35,093 nucleotides of DNA, taken from NCBI GenBank assembly GCA_029819875.1, contig JALGVG010000022.1, positions 1 to 35,093 of the forward strand, given 5' to 3'. Shown here piece after piece: positions 1 to 7,119 of the stretch (positions within the stretch are counted from its first letter, which is position 1; each line of letters begins with the position of its first letter). A program made the position numbers and the translations under genes. Source of the DNA: Candidatus Zipacnadia bacterium. Lineage in GTDB: Bacteria; Armatimonadota; Zipacnadia; Zipacnadales; Zipacnadaceae. Below the pieces are notes generated by a model. The model saw only the letters and a program-made list of their open reading frames with translations, was not told where the DNA came from and did not search any database.

Positions 1-6
1 CCATTG

Positions 7-414
7 TCAGTCGGTGTTGAACACCATGTAAGGGTTCGCACTCTTGGTGGCGATGACCTGCGGGTGTCCCAGCGATAGAAAATCGGCGGACACCGGAGCC
101 TTTACGCGGTATGCTCCGTTGTCACCTACATCGGTCGGCCACAACGTAAAGGTACTCCAATTGTCCGACTGGCCGAAGTAGAGCCTGGACTGTGTTCCGC
201 AATTGCACACGAGGTGTCCGTCAATGTCGTAATTAGCCACGAGTGCATAAAAATCATACCATCCTGCCCCTATTCCGCTGTTCACGCTCCATGTTTCTTC
301 ACCGTCGATTTGTACAATCCCTTCGACAGTTGTGTCCTCCGGGTTCAGGTCCCCAATGGTGGCGTATGCCTGAGGAGGGGCGGCCCACGCTGCCATGGAG
401 GTTGACAACAGCAC
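7..414 (-). CDS. hypothetical secreted protein (small, Cys-containing, beta-rich)
   Basis: ORF track gives 135 aa. In-frame codons just upstream of the GTG at 414 read RTRTYSKFIAGIVVAVLVLLSTSMAAWA/AP, a complete signal peptide. AGGAGG lies at 469-474 on the minus strand, but there is no ATG/GTG/TTG between it and 414. The true start is therefore probably between 415 and 465. The gene lies directly downstream of cassette copy 1. Confidence 0.6.
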   Translation of the reverse strand: MLLSTSMAAWAAPPQAYATIGDLNPEDTTVEGIVQIDGEETWSVNSGIGAGWYDFYALVANYDIDGHLVCNCGTQSRLYFGQSDNWSTFTLWPTDVGDNGAYRVKAPVSADFLSLGHPQVIATKSANPYMVFNTD

Positions 415-493
415 GAGGACCGCGACAACAATGCCCGCGATGAACTTGCTGTACGTTCTTGTTCGATACCTCCTCTTACTTACAAGGCGCGAC

Positions 494-550
494 TTTAAAT
501 TTTACTACCCCCCCCGCTGTCAAGAGTGGTTTGAGCAGGTTTGAGGGGCA
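494..550 (-). promoter_or_regulatory. promoter/operator cassette copy 1 (2x CTCAAACC direct repeat, -35 TTGACA, G8 tract, A/T-rich -10 region)
   Basis: Minus strand 550->491 reads TGCCCCTCAAACCTGCTCAAACCACTCTTGACAGCGGGGGGGGTAGTAAAATTTAAAGTC. TTGACA is at 523-518 and G8 at 515-508. TAAAAT is at 504-499, and TTTAAA follows at 499-494. The 35-nt core is identical to copy 2. Confidence 0.55.
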
Positions 551-621
551 TTAGGGCAGGCGGCCGGCGCCGCGCAAGCGCGAGGCAGCCAGGCAAGCGG
601 CCGGCGCAGGCCCGGGGCGTA

Positions 622-1563
622 TCAGCGGGCGTAACGGGCGGGGCGGAGTGTAATCAGGAAGACCTCGCACGGGTACTCCGGAGGCGCGAGGGGCACAAGG
701 CCCACTGCCACCGTTTGGTTGGCCGGGGCGGTGAACTGCACGGGATGGTGAATGACCTGGACGGCGTGCTGACCGCCCGGACCTGGCGGGATGTAAAGTT
801 GCGGGATGGAAGCGATGACAGTCACCATGCCCCCTGTTTCATCAAGCGGCGTGATAGAGAAGGGGACCTCGTAGGACTTGCTGGAGCCCTCGTACCCTTC
901 CCACAGCAGGACAGTCCCGACGGCCGGCGTGCCCGGGGTGACAACTTGGGAACCAGAGAGGGCAAGGGGGCCTTGCAGGAACTTGGCCAGTACTTCAGGT
1001 CGGGGCCATTGGTTGACCGCCACCACGCGCAGGCCGGGACTGGCGGAGGTCGTCGGAAGGACGGCATCTTCAAAGCCCTCGGGCCGCAGTACCATCTTGG
1101 GTATATCCACGCGCCGGCCATTGTCCAACTCCACCTCAAAAGTAGGCGACGGGGGCGCCAGCAGGAGCCCGGGCGTCTTGGTACGCACGACCCGGCACTC
1201 AACACGGATGCGGTTCGCCGGGCTTTCAGCAAGACGGCGGGCTTCTGCTTCCACGGCCGTCACGAGCTGGCGAACGAGATCAATGGTCTCTTCTTCGCCC
1301 GCAACCTCCATCACCGAGTGGGCGCGACCGTGTGCGCATGCCTCGGCGTCTGTGGCAAGCGGCCAGCGCACGGCAAGCCAAGGATGCTGCGAACCAGACA
1401 GCAAGGGGGTCTGGGTAAGCCAGCGGCCGAAGGCAGCACCGCCGATATGCTCAAACTCGAACCGCACGTACTGACGCTCCTCTGGCGGAGGCGTCTTCGC
1501 CGGACACGAGGCTGCCACGGCCAAGACAAGGAGGGCTAACGCTGAACAGCAGCGCATTACCAT
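622..1563 (-). CDS. hypothetical secreted protein, paralog of 2795..3712
   Basis: 313 aa with N-terminal signal peptide MVMRCCSALALLVLAVAASC. AAGGAG lies 9 nt upstream of the ATG at 1563. Blocks shared with 2795..3712: FEVELDNGRRVDIP/FEVELDDGNIVTVP, MVLRPEGFEDA/MVRPRGFADA, VQFTAPANQTVAVG/IQYTAPANQVVAVG, VFLITLRP/VFLIAVQP. Confidence 0.8.
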   Translation of the reverse strand: MVMRCCSALALLVLAVAASCPAKTPPPEERQYVRFEFEHIGGAAFGRWLTQTPLLSGSQHPWLAVRWPLATDAEACAHGRAHSVMEVAGEEETIDLVRQLVTAVEAEARRLAESPANRIRVECRVVRTKTPGLLLAPPSPTFEVELDNGRRVDIPKMVLRPEGFEDAVLPTTSASPGLRVVAVNQWPRPEVLAKFLQGPLALSGSQVVTPGTPAVGTVLLWEGYEGSSKSYEVPFSITPLDETGGMVTVIASIPQLYIPPGPGGQHAVQVIHHPVQFTAPANQTVAVGLVPLAPPEYPCEVFLITLRPARYAR

Positions 1564-1605
1564 GGGTACCAGCTCCTTGTTTCGCGGACACGGACCTTTT
1601 AGAAC

Positions 1606-1659
1606 ACTATATCACCCCCCCCTCGCTGTCAAGAGTGGTTTGAGCAGGTTTGAGGGGCA
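1606..1659 (-). promoter_or_regulatory. promoter/operator cassette copy 2 (2x CTCAAACC, -35 TTGACA, G8, extended -10 TGATATAGT)
   Basis: Minus strand 1660->1601 reads TTGCCCCTCAAACCTGCTCAAACCACTCTTGACAGCGAGGGGGGGGTGATATAGTGTTCT. TTGACA is at 1632-1627 and G8 at 1622-1615. TG-A-TATAGT is at 1614-1606. This is about 40 nt upstream of the ATG at 1563. Confidence 0.6.
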
Positions 1660-2706
1660 AAAAGAGACGGCAAGGCCGGCAGACGGATGCGGGTTGGGGC
1701 TGCCCCACCAGGCGGGGTCGGCAGGGTGGTGGATGTCGGGACGACCGGCGCTGCGGGTAAGGTTAACCTGGCTGGTGCCGTCGGCGTTCATTACAAGGAT
1801 GTCGTTTACCGGCGGTTCGGCATCGGGGTCGCGGCGGCAGAAGGCGATTTGGCTACCATCCGGCGACCAGGCAGGGGACTCATCGAGGGCCGCATGGCGT
1901 GTGAGGTTGACCGGCTCGCCGGTACCGTCGGCATTTATGACGCAGATCTCAAAGTCGCGGTCTTGGGGAAGGCCTTGGAAGGCAATCTTGCTGCCATCCG
2001 GGGACCAGGCCGGAGCAACATCAGGTACCTTATTGTAAGTCAAGCGGCGCCAGTGGGTACCGTCAGCATTCATCACGTAGATTTCGCTGGCGTTTTCGCC
2101 CCGGGGTATGGAGAGGAAGGCGAGGTGTTCGCCGTCAGGCGACCAGACCCCCTCCATGCACTTGCGACGGCTAGGGGTCAGTGGTTTTTGGTTGCTGCCA
2201 TCGGCATTCATCACATAGAGCTGGGAACGGCGGTCGCGGCGGCGGGTGAAAACGATCTTGGTGCCATCGGGAGACCATGCCGGATGGGTATCATCCGCAG
2301 CGCTACGGGTCAAGTTTACCGGGTTCGTGCCGTCGGCGTTCATCACGTAGATTTCAAAATTGCCGTCGCGGTTGGTCTGGAAGGCAATCTTGCTGCCGTC
2401 CGGGGACCAAGTGGGGTGTGTGTCGTCGGCAGGGTTGTGGGTGAGGCGAGTAACGCGCCAGTCGGGGGCAGCCATGACGCAGATTTCCATGTTCGGTGTT
2501 CCATTCTCCGAGTACTGGTTGGCAAAGGCGATCCTGTCGCCGGGGCGCGAGGGGCCATAATCGGAGGGGAGCTTGAGGTCAAGGAAGGGCTTAGCAGGCG
2601 GGCGCGGTATCGGCAGGGGCTGCTGGCGGGGTCGGCTGCAGCCGAACAACAGGCCGACGGCGAGGGTGATCATTATTATGCCACTGGGCCTGAGGGGGCG
2701 AAACAT
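1612..2706 (-). CDS. PD40/WD40-like beta-propeller repeat lipoprotein (TolB-like)
   Basis: 364 aa. The lipobox-like N-terminus is MITLAVGLLFGC. At least six repeats of the PD40 signature are present (HPTWSPDGSKIAF, HPAWSPDGTKIVF, GVWSPDGEHLAF, APAWSPDGSKIAF, SPAWSPDGSQIAF), each followed by Y/C-VMNADG. The last ~17 codons and the stop are encoded by cassette copy 2. Confidence 0.9.
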   Translation of the reverse strand: MFRPLRPSGIIMITLAVGLLFGCSRPRQQPLPIPRPPAKPFLDLKLPSDYGPSRPGDRIAFANQYSENGTPNMEICVMAAPDWRVTRLTHNPADDTHPTWSPDGSKIAFQTNRDGNFEIYVMNADGTNPVNLTRSAADDTHPAWSPDGTKIVFTRRRDRRSQLYVMNADGSNQKPLTPSRRKCMEGVWSPDGEHLAFLSIPRGENASEIYVMNADGTHWRRLTYNKVPDVAPAWSPDGSKIAFQGLPQDRDFEICVINADGTGEPVNLTRHAALDESPAWSPDGSQIAFCRRDPDAEPPVNDILVMNADGTSQVNLTRSAGRPDIHHPADPAWWGSPNPHPSAGLAVSFCPSNLLKPLLTARGG

Positions 2707-2794
2707 TGATCATCATCTCCAATCAGCAAGCAAGCACAAGCCGAGGGCTGCGACTGCGCCGACCGGTGCTAGGCACTTGCGTGCTGTGCAAGGG

Positions 2795-3712
2795 TCAGTG
2801 GGCCGACGGTAGCGGCTGAACGGCGATGAGGAAGACGTAAGTCGGTTCGCTGGTGAGGCGATGGCGCATCATGCCGACGGCAACCACCTGGTTGGCAGGG
2901 GCCGTGTACTGTATGGGCTGGTAGGCGACATCCACGGAAAGCCCGGTGCCGGGCTGCATGGTGGTGTGCAGGTAAGGCAAGCGGGCCAGCACGGTCACCT
3001 GGTTATGGTCCCCCACCCAGGCGAGGATGTAAAAGGGCAACTGATATTGTTGTGTGTCGCGGCGTACCGTCACGGTTCCCGAGGTGGCGCTGCCGGAGAC
3101 AACGACGTCGGAACCATTAAAGACCAGCGCGTTGTTTACGGCCTCGTAGAGTGCCTCGCGCGGCGGCTGGATATTGATTGCCGGCAGAGGGTTAAGGAAA
3201 GAGGCGGCGGCATCGGCAAAGCCACGCGGGCGCACCATTGCGGACGGCACCGTCACGATGTTGCCGTCATCCAATTCGACCTCGAAGTCGGATTGCCGGG
3301 CGGCCAGTAACAGTTCGGGACGGGTGGTCGCCACCACCTGGCAGGTCACCTGCAGCCTGACCGGCTCGACGGTGGCAGGCCTGTCCAGGGCCGTGACTAC
3401 TTGCTGGAGGGCAGAGACCATGTACTCGGTGCCGGAAGCCTGCAGGACGCGGCCTTGTTGACCTGTTTTCCAGCGCAAACCGAGGCGGACGTGGCCGCCG
3501 GGCATTACACCCTTGATGGAGCTTATCTGGTCCACCAATGGGTCCACGTTATTAAAGAACAACTGGCCGTCAATGTAGTTGAAGGGGATGTCCACATACT
3601 CCCGCTGGTCGGGAGGGGGCACATCCTCGTCCTGGGCGCGGGCCGGTCCCGGGGCCGAACAGACTGCGGCAAGTAGAAGCATTGCCGACAGGGCAAAGGC
3701 CTTGGCTTTCAT
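2795..3712 (-). CDS. hypothetical secreted protein, paralog of 622..1563
   Basis: 305 aa with signal peptide MKAKAFALSAMLLLAAVCSAPGPARA. The SD-like AGGGGGGA lies 8 nt upstream of the ATG at 3712. Paralogy blocks are listed under 622..1563. It sits 88 nt upstream of the TolB-like gene on the same strand. Confidence 0.85.
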   Translation of the reverse strand: MKAKAFALSAMLLLAAVCSAPGPARAQDEDVPPPDQREYVDIPFNYIDGQLFFNNVDPLVDQISSIKGVMPGGHVRLGLRWKTGQQGRVLQASGTEYMVSALQQVVTALDRPATVEPVRLQVTCQVVATTRPELLLAARQSDFEVELDDGNIVTVPSAMVRPRGFADAAASFLNPLPAINIQPPREALYEAVNNALVFNGSDVVVSGSATSGTVTVRRDTQQYQLPFYILAWVGDHNQVTVLARLPYLHTTMQPGTGLSVDVAYQPIQYTAPANQVVAVGMMRHRLTSEPTYVFLIAVQPLPSAH

Positions 3713-3889
3713 TGCGTATTCCCCCCTGGTTCATAGTGACTGGATTTTGTGCCGGCGAGACGGCGCATGTGCTGGCAAGATCAAGCATATGCAAATCTCG
3801 GCGGAACGTTCGCCCCTGGTGCTGTTTTCCCCTATTCCAGGGTACAACCCGAGCCGGCGGGGATGTTTCGCCGGTGTAGTTGTCTATCC

Positions 3890-3944
3890 ATAATATCACC
3901 CCCCCCGCCGCCGTCAAGAGTGGTTTGAGCAGGTTTGTGGGACA
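3890..3944 (-). promoter_or_regulatory. promoter/operator cassette copy 3 (CACAAACC + CTCAAACC, -35 TTGACG, G8, extended -10 TGATATTAT)
   Basis: Minus strand 3950->3881 reads GTTCAATGTCCCACAAACCTGCTCAAACCACTCTTGACGGCGGCGGGGGGGGTGATATTATGGATAGACA. TTGACG is at 3917-3912 and G8 at 3906-3899. TG-A-TATTAT is at 3898-3890. This is about 170 nt upstream of the ATG at 3712. Confidence 0.6.
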
Positions 3945-4011
3945 TTGAACACGGCAAAAAGCAGCGCCCGCAGTGCACCTGCGGGCGCCGGAGATGAACC
4001 GGACAGCAACG

Positions 4012-4419
4012 CTAGCAAAGGCCGCGAAGCCGGGCCTTGGCACCAGGGGGAAGCGGCTTGTCAATGCCAATCGTGTCGCTGTTTTCGGCGATGAGCAAGA
4101 CCGCATCTTCACTCATCAAGGTGCCGTGCCAGACGTTGCGGCGGACGTTATAGACCGTGCGAGGCTGCATCGGTATTTCGTGGATGTCGCCGATTTCATC
4201 GTCGCCCTCGGCCACCAGCAGGACGGCACGGCCCTGCAGCAGGACGAACACCTCGTCGCTGTTTGGGTGCTTCTGGAGGGTGGAAAGGCCCTCGAGCGTG
4301 GCCGAGGGAGTGAAGTTCTTGATGGCGGTCATCCAGGTTTCGTTGGGGCTGTCAACCACGATTTTGTATCCTTCGCCGTCCCAGTGTCCGATATCAACAA
4401 GTTCAGCAACCGAGGACAT
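4012..4419 (-). CDS. cupin domain protein
   Basis: The ORF track entry is 4012..4446. I prefer the ATG at 4419 (MSSVAELV...) because AGGAGG sits 7 nt upstream. The small beta-barrel-type sequence has HPNSDEVFVLLQG...WHG, typical of cupins. Confidence 0.75.
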   Translation of the reverse strand: MSSVAELVDIGHWDGEGYKIVVDSPNETWMTAIKNFTPSATLEGLSTLQKHPNSDEVFVLLQGRAVLLVAEGDDEIGDIHEIPMQPRTVYNVRRNVWHGTLMSEDAVLLIAENSDTIGIDKPLPPGAKARLRGLC

Positions 4420-4488
4420 GGCTGGACCTCCTGAAGAAAGAGACAAGCCCGGCCCCCGGGACCGGGCTTATTGGGCGAGGCGCGATGA

Positions 4489-5724
4489 TTACTTCTTCCT
4501 GACGTACTCGCCGAGCTTCTTGTCCACGAACAGCTTGCGCAGGCGCGGGTAAGAGGGCAGGTCGGGTGAAAGTGCGACCTCGCGGCCACGCATCAACGGC
4601 TCGGCGTACTCGATGAACTCCTCGGTGACGCCGTCCTTGCGCTCGTTGATCCAGTCCAGGGGTACGGTCTTGACCTGGTCGGCTACGCTCATCAGCGAGG
4701 TGGCGTCTATTTCGAACTCGAAGGGGTCATTTTGCTTGCGGACGATGGTGACCATGATGTCGGTTTCGCCATCCACGGCGCGATTGACGGCGGCCTCGCC
4801 CACGGCGTAGGCAATCTGCAGGTCAGGCTCGGAGAGGCAGTAGGCGAAGCAGCGCTGCATGTTGCCGAGCCGGTCCCAGCGGCAGCGGGCGCCGATGGTA
4901 TCCTCCACAAGGTCAGCCAGGGCCTGGGCAACGCCGCCGAGCCGGGCATGGCCGAACTCGTCGAGCTTGTCGGTGGTGGCCACGACATCCGAATCAGCGA
5001 ACGCAAAGCCCTCGGAGACGGCGACGACCAGGTAGCCGTACTCGGAGTAGGCGGCCTTGCAGCTTTCCAGGAATTCATCGGGATTTATCTTGACCTCGGG
5101 CAACAGCACCAGGTGAGGGGCCATCCATTCCTCCTTGCGGGGGACCGCGGTAGCACCGGTGACCCAGCCGGCATTGCGCCCCATCACCTCGACAACCTCG
5201 GCGTTGCCGAAGGCCTCGGCATCCTTGGCGACGAACTGGGTGGCGGCGGCGGCAAAGCGAGCGGCACTGCCAAAGCCGGGGCTGGTATCCGTAACCACCA
5301 GGTCGTTGTCAATGGTCTTGGGGATGCCGATGATGTTTATCTCCCAGTCGGATTGCTTGGCCAGCTCGGAGATGAGGTGGCAGGCCAGCTGGGAGTCGTT
5401 GCCGCCGGTGTAGAAGAAATAGCGGATATTGTGGGCCTTGAAAACCTCCAGGACGCGCTCGAGGTCGCGCTCGGTAGGCTTAAGGCGGGACGTTCCGAGG
5501 GCGGCGGAGGGCGTATACCTGAGGGCATTGATGACCTCGTCGTCTTCACGGAACAGGTCTATGAGGTTTTCGTGCAGAATGCCGTCAAGCCCGTGGATGG
5601 CGCCGTAGAAATGCTCGATTTCGTCGCGCGCCTCGGCGGCCTGGATGGCGCCAACGAGGCTGGCGTTGATGACCATGGTGGGGCCGCCAGACTGGCCAAT
5701 TAAGGCATTACCTTTAAGTGCCAT
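4489..5724 (-). CDS. pfp: pyrophosphate-dependent 6-phosphofructokinase (PPi-PFK type)
   Basis: 411 aa PFK-family sequence (GQSGGPTMVINA, YTGGNDS, GIPKTIDNDL). The Asp in GGNDS aligns with E. coli PfkA Gly104. The Lys in PKTIDND aligns with Gly124. Both are the established PPi-specificity signatures. AGGAGG lies upstream of the ATG. Confidence 0.88.
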   Translation of the reverse strand: MALKGNALIGQSGGPTMVINASLVGAIQAAEARDEIEHFYGAIHGLDGILHENLIDLFREDDEVINALRYTPSAALGTSRLKPTERDLERVLEVFKAHNIRYFFYTGGNDSQLACHLISELAKQSDWEINIIGIPKTIDNDLVVTDTSPGFGSAARFAAAATQFVAKDAEAFGNAEVVEVMGRNAGWVTGATAVPRKEEWMAPHLVLLPEVKINPDEFLESCKAAYSEYGYLVVAVSEGFAFADSDVVATTDKLDEFGHARLGGVAQALADLVEDTIGARCRWDRLGNMQRCFAYCLSEPDLQIAYAVGEAAVNRAVDGETDIMVTIVRKQNDPFEFEIDATSLMSVADQVKTVPLDWINERKDGVTEEFIEYAEPLMRGREVALSPDLPSYPRLRKLFVDKKLGEYVRKK

Positions 5725-5946
5725 TTACATCTGACCTCCTGTTCATTTCCTAATCGGCGAATGATATGGCAGCCGGCATGTCGTGCAGTATGCTTCTTTA
5801 TACTATAACATCCCGGCTGGCTTGGAGCAATCCCCACAGTGCCGCGCTGCAGCAACGTGCCCTTTGGCATCCCACGGCTGCACCGAGGCGGTCGACTTGT
5901 CAGCGTTGGGGGCAGAGACTGTCGCTCACAACGGCAAGCGCACAAG

Positions 5947-6927
5947 CTACAGCAAGTCGCTTATGGACAGTACGGCGCCGCCGGCGGCAGCGGACTCGTT
6001 GGCGGCCACGGAGACGGCCAGGCTGCGGTAGCCGTCGGCGTAGTCGGAATAGATGAGCGAGCGGTCGCCGGTGCGGATGGCGTGGACGAAGGCCTTGTCC
6101 TCGCCCGTGTATCCGTCGGCGGTGCAATCCATCTCGCCCTCATCGTCAGGTGATTTCCATTCCAGGTGAGTGCCGACGATCTCCACCATGAAGTCCACGC
6201 AGATGACGGCCAGGCCGCTCTTCCAATGCCCGCGAAGCATGGAGGTATTGGAGATGTTGCCGGTGGCACCGTTCTCGAAGACCAGATTGACCGTCATGGT
6301 GTCGGCCAGGTCGTAGCCCTCGATGATTTCGTGCATGTAGAGGCGGTTATCGAAGGCCTGGACGGTGACAACCTCGCCGGCCAGGTAGCGGGCGAGATCG
6401 ACGATATGGGTGGTCTGCTCGACGATCTGGCCACCGGACTGGGCCTGGACCCTCCACCATGGAGAGCCGGGCGTGCCGGACCAGTAGTAGCCTGACACCA
6501 AGCCGATGGCCTTGCCCTCCAGCAACTCCTTGGCCTTCAGCACATGGTCGTCCCAGCGGTACTTGTACGCGACGACGGTGGTGATATCGTTGGACTGGAC
6601 GGCCTGCAGGATGGGGCGGGCCATGTCCAGGTCAATGGCGACGGGCTTTTCAATCAGCATGGGCAGCTTGCGCTCGCAGCAGGCGATCTCGATATCGCCG
6701 TGGGCGAAGGGCGGCACACAGATGACCACGCCGTCGAGCTCTTCGTTGTTCAGCATGTCCTGGTGATTGTCATAGGCACGCCCGCCGAACTTGTCTGCGG
6801 CCTGCTGGGCGCGTTCCAAGACAACGTCGCAAAAGGCGACGTTTTGGACGTCCTCCATTGCTCCGAGGCGATCCATGTGGCCTTGGGCGATGCCGCCTGT
6901 TCCGATGTAGCCGAGCTTAATAGACAT
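5947..6927 (-). CDS. Gfo/Idh/MocA family NAD(P)-dependent oxidoreductase
   Basis: 326 aa. The N-terminal Rossmann motif is KLGYIGTGGIAQGH, followed by EKP (LIEKPVA), which is typical of the family. GGGAGG lies upstream of the ATG. Confidence 0.9.
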   Translation of the reverse strand: MSIKLGYIGTGGIAQGHMDRLGAMEDVQNVAFCDVVLERAQQAADKFGGRAYDNHQDMLNNEELDGVVICVPPFAHGDIEIACCERKLPMLIEKPVAIDLDMARPILQAVQSNDITTVVAYKYRWDDHVLKAKELLEGKAIGLVSGYYWSGTPGSPWWRVQAQSGGQIVEQTTHIVDLARYLAGEVVTVQAFDNRLYMHEIIEGYDLADTMTVNLVFENGATGNISNTSMLRGHWKSGLAVICVDFMVEIVGTHLEWKSPDDEGEMDCTADGYTGEDKAFVHAIRTGDRSLIYSDYADGYRSLAVSVAANESAAAGGAVLSISDLL

Positions 6928-7119
6928 TTGGTGACCTCCCTGACTTTACTTTCAAATTGAACGTAGTCGCCTATCTTTTACGTGACTGCAGTGACAGCGG
7001 TGTACAGCTACACTATCGCCAGCCCACGGCGGCTACGTGGCCAAGTACGTGGGCTTAATTCGCCGCAATGCACCGCTTACCTGCATGACGGATAAAACTT
7101 GCAAATTCGGCGGCGTTTT

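Noticed and set aside
541-1539. 332-aa plus-strand ORF antisense to 622..1563
   Set aside because: The product is Arg/Gly/Ala-rich and low-complexity with no motifs. It is a typical shadow ORF of a GC-rich gene. The minus-strand product has a signal peptide, an SD and a paralog.
1687-2709. 340-aa plus-strand ORF antisense to the TolB-like gene
   Set aside because: Only the minus-strand frame gives the repeated PD40 signature (WSPDGSKIAF). The plus-strand product is a repetitive artefact of the repeat structure.
494-3944. The three repeats as a CRISPR array or MITE
   Set aside because: Copies are 1.1 and 2.3 kb apart with genes between them, and there are no terminal inverted repeats or target-site duplications. 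All copies are oriented with, and positioned just upstream of, a gene start. A promoter/operator explains the pattern better.
3570-4112. 180-aa minus-strand ORF spanning cassette copy 3
   Set aside because: It overlaps the start of 2795..3712 and the end of the cupin gene. Its sequence is implausible. The CPTNLLKPLLTAAGG stretch is just the cassette translated.
4732-5703. 323-aa plus-strand ORF antisense to pfp
   Set aside because: It is a shadow ORF in a GC-rich gene. The minus-strand frame has unambiguous PFK motifs.
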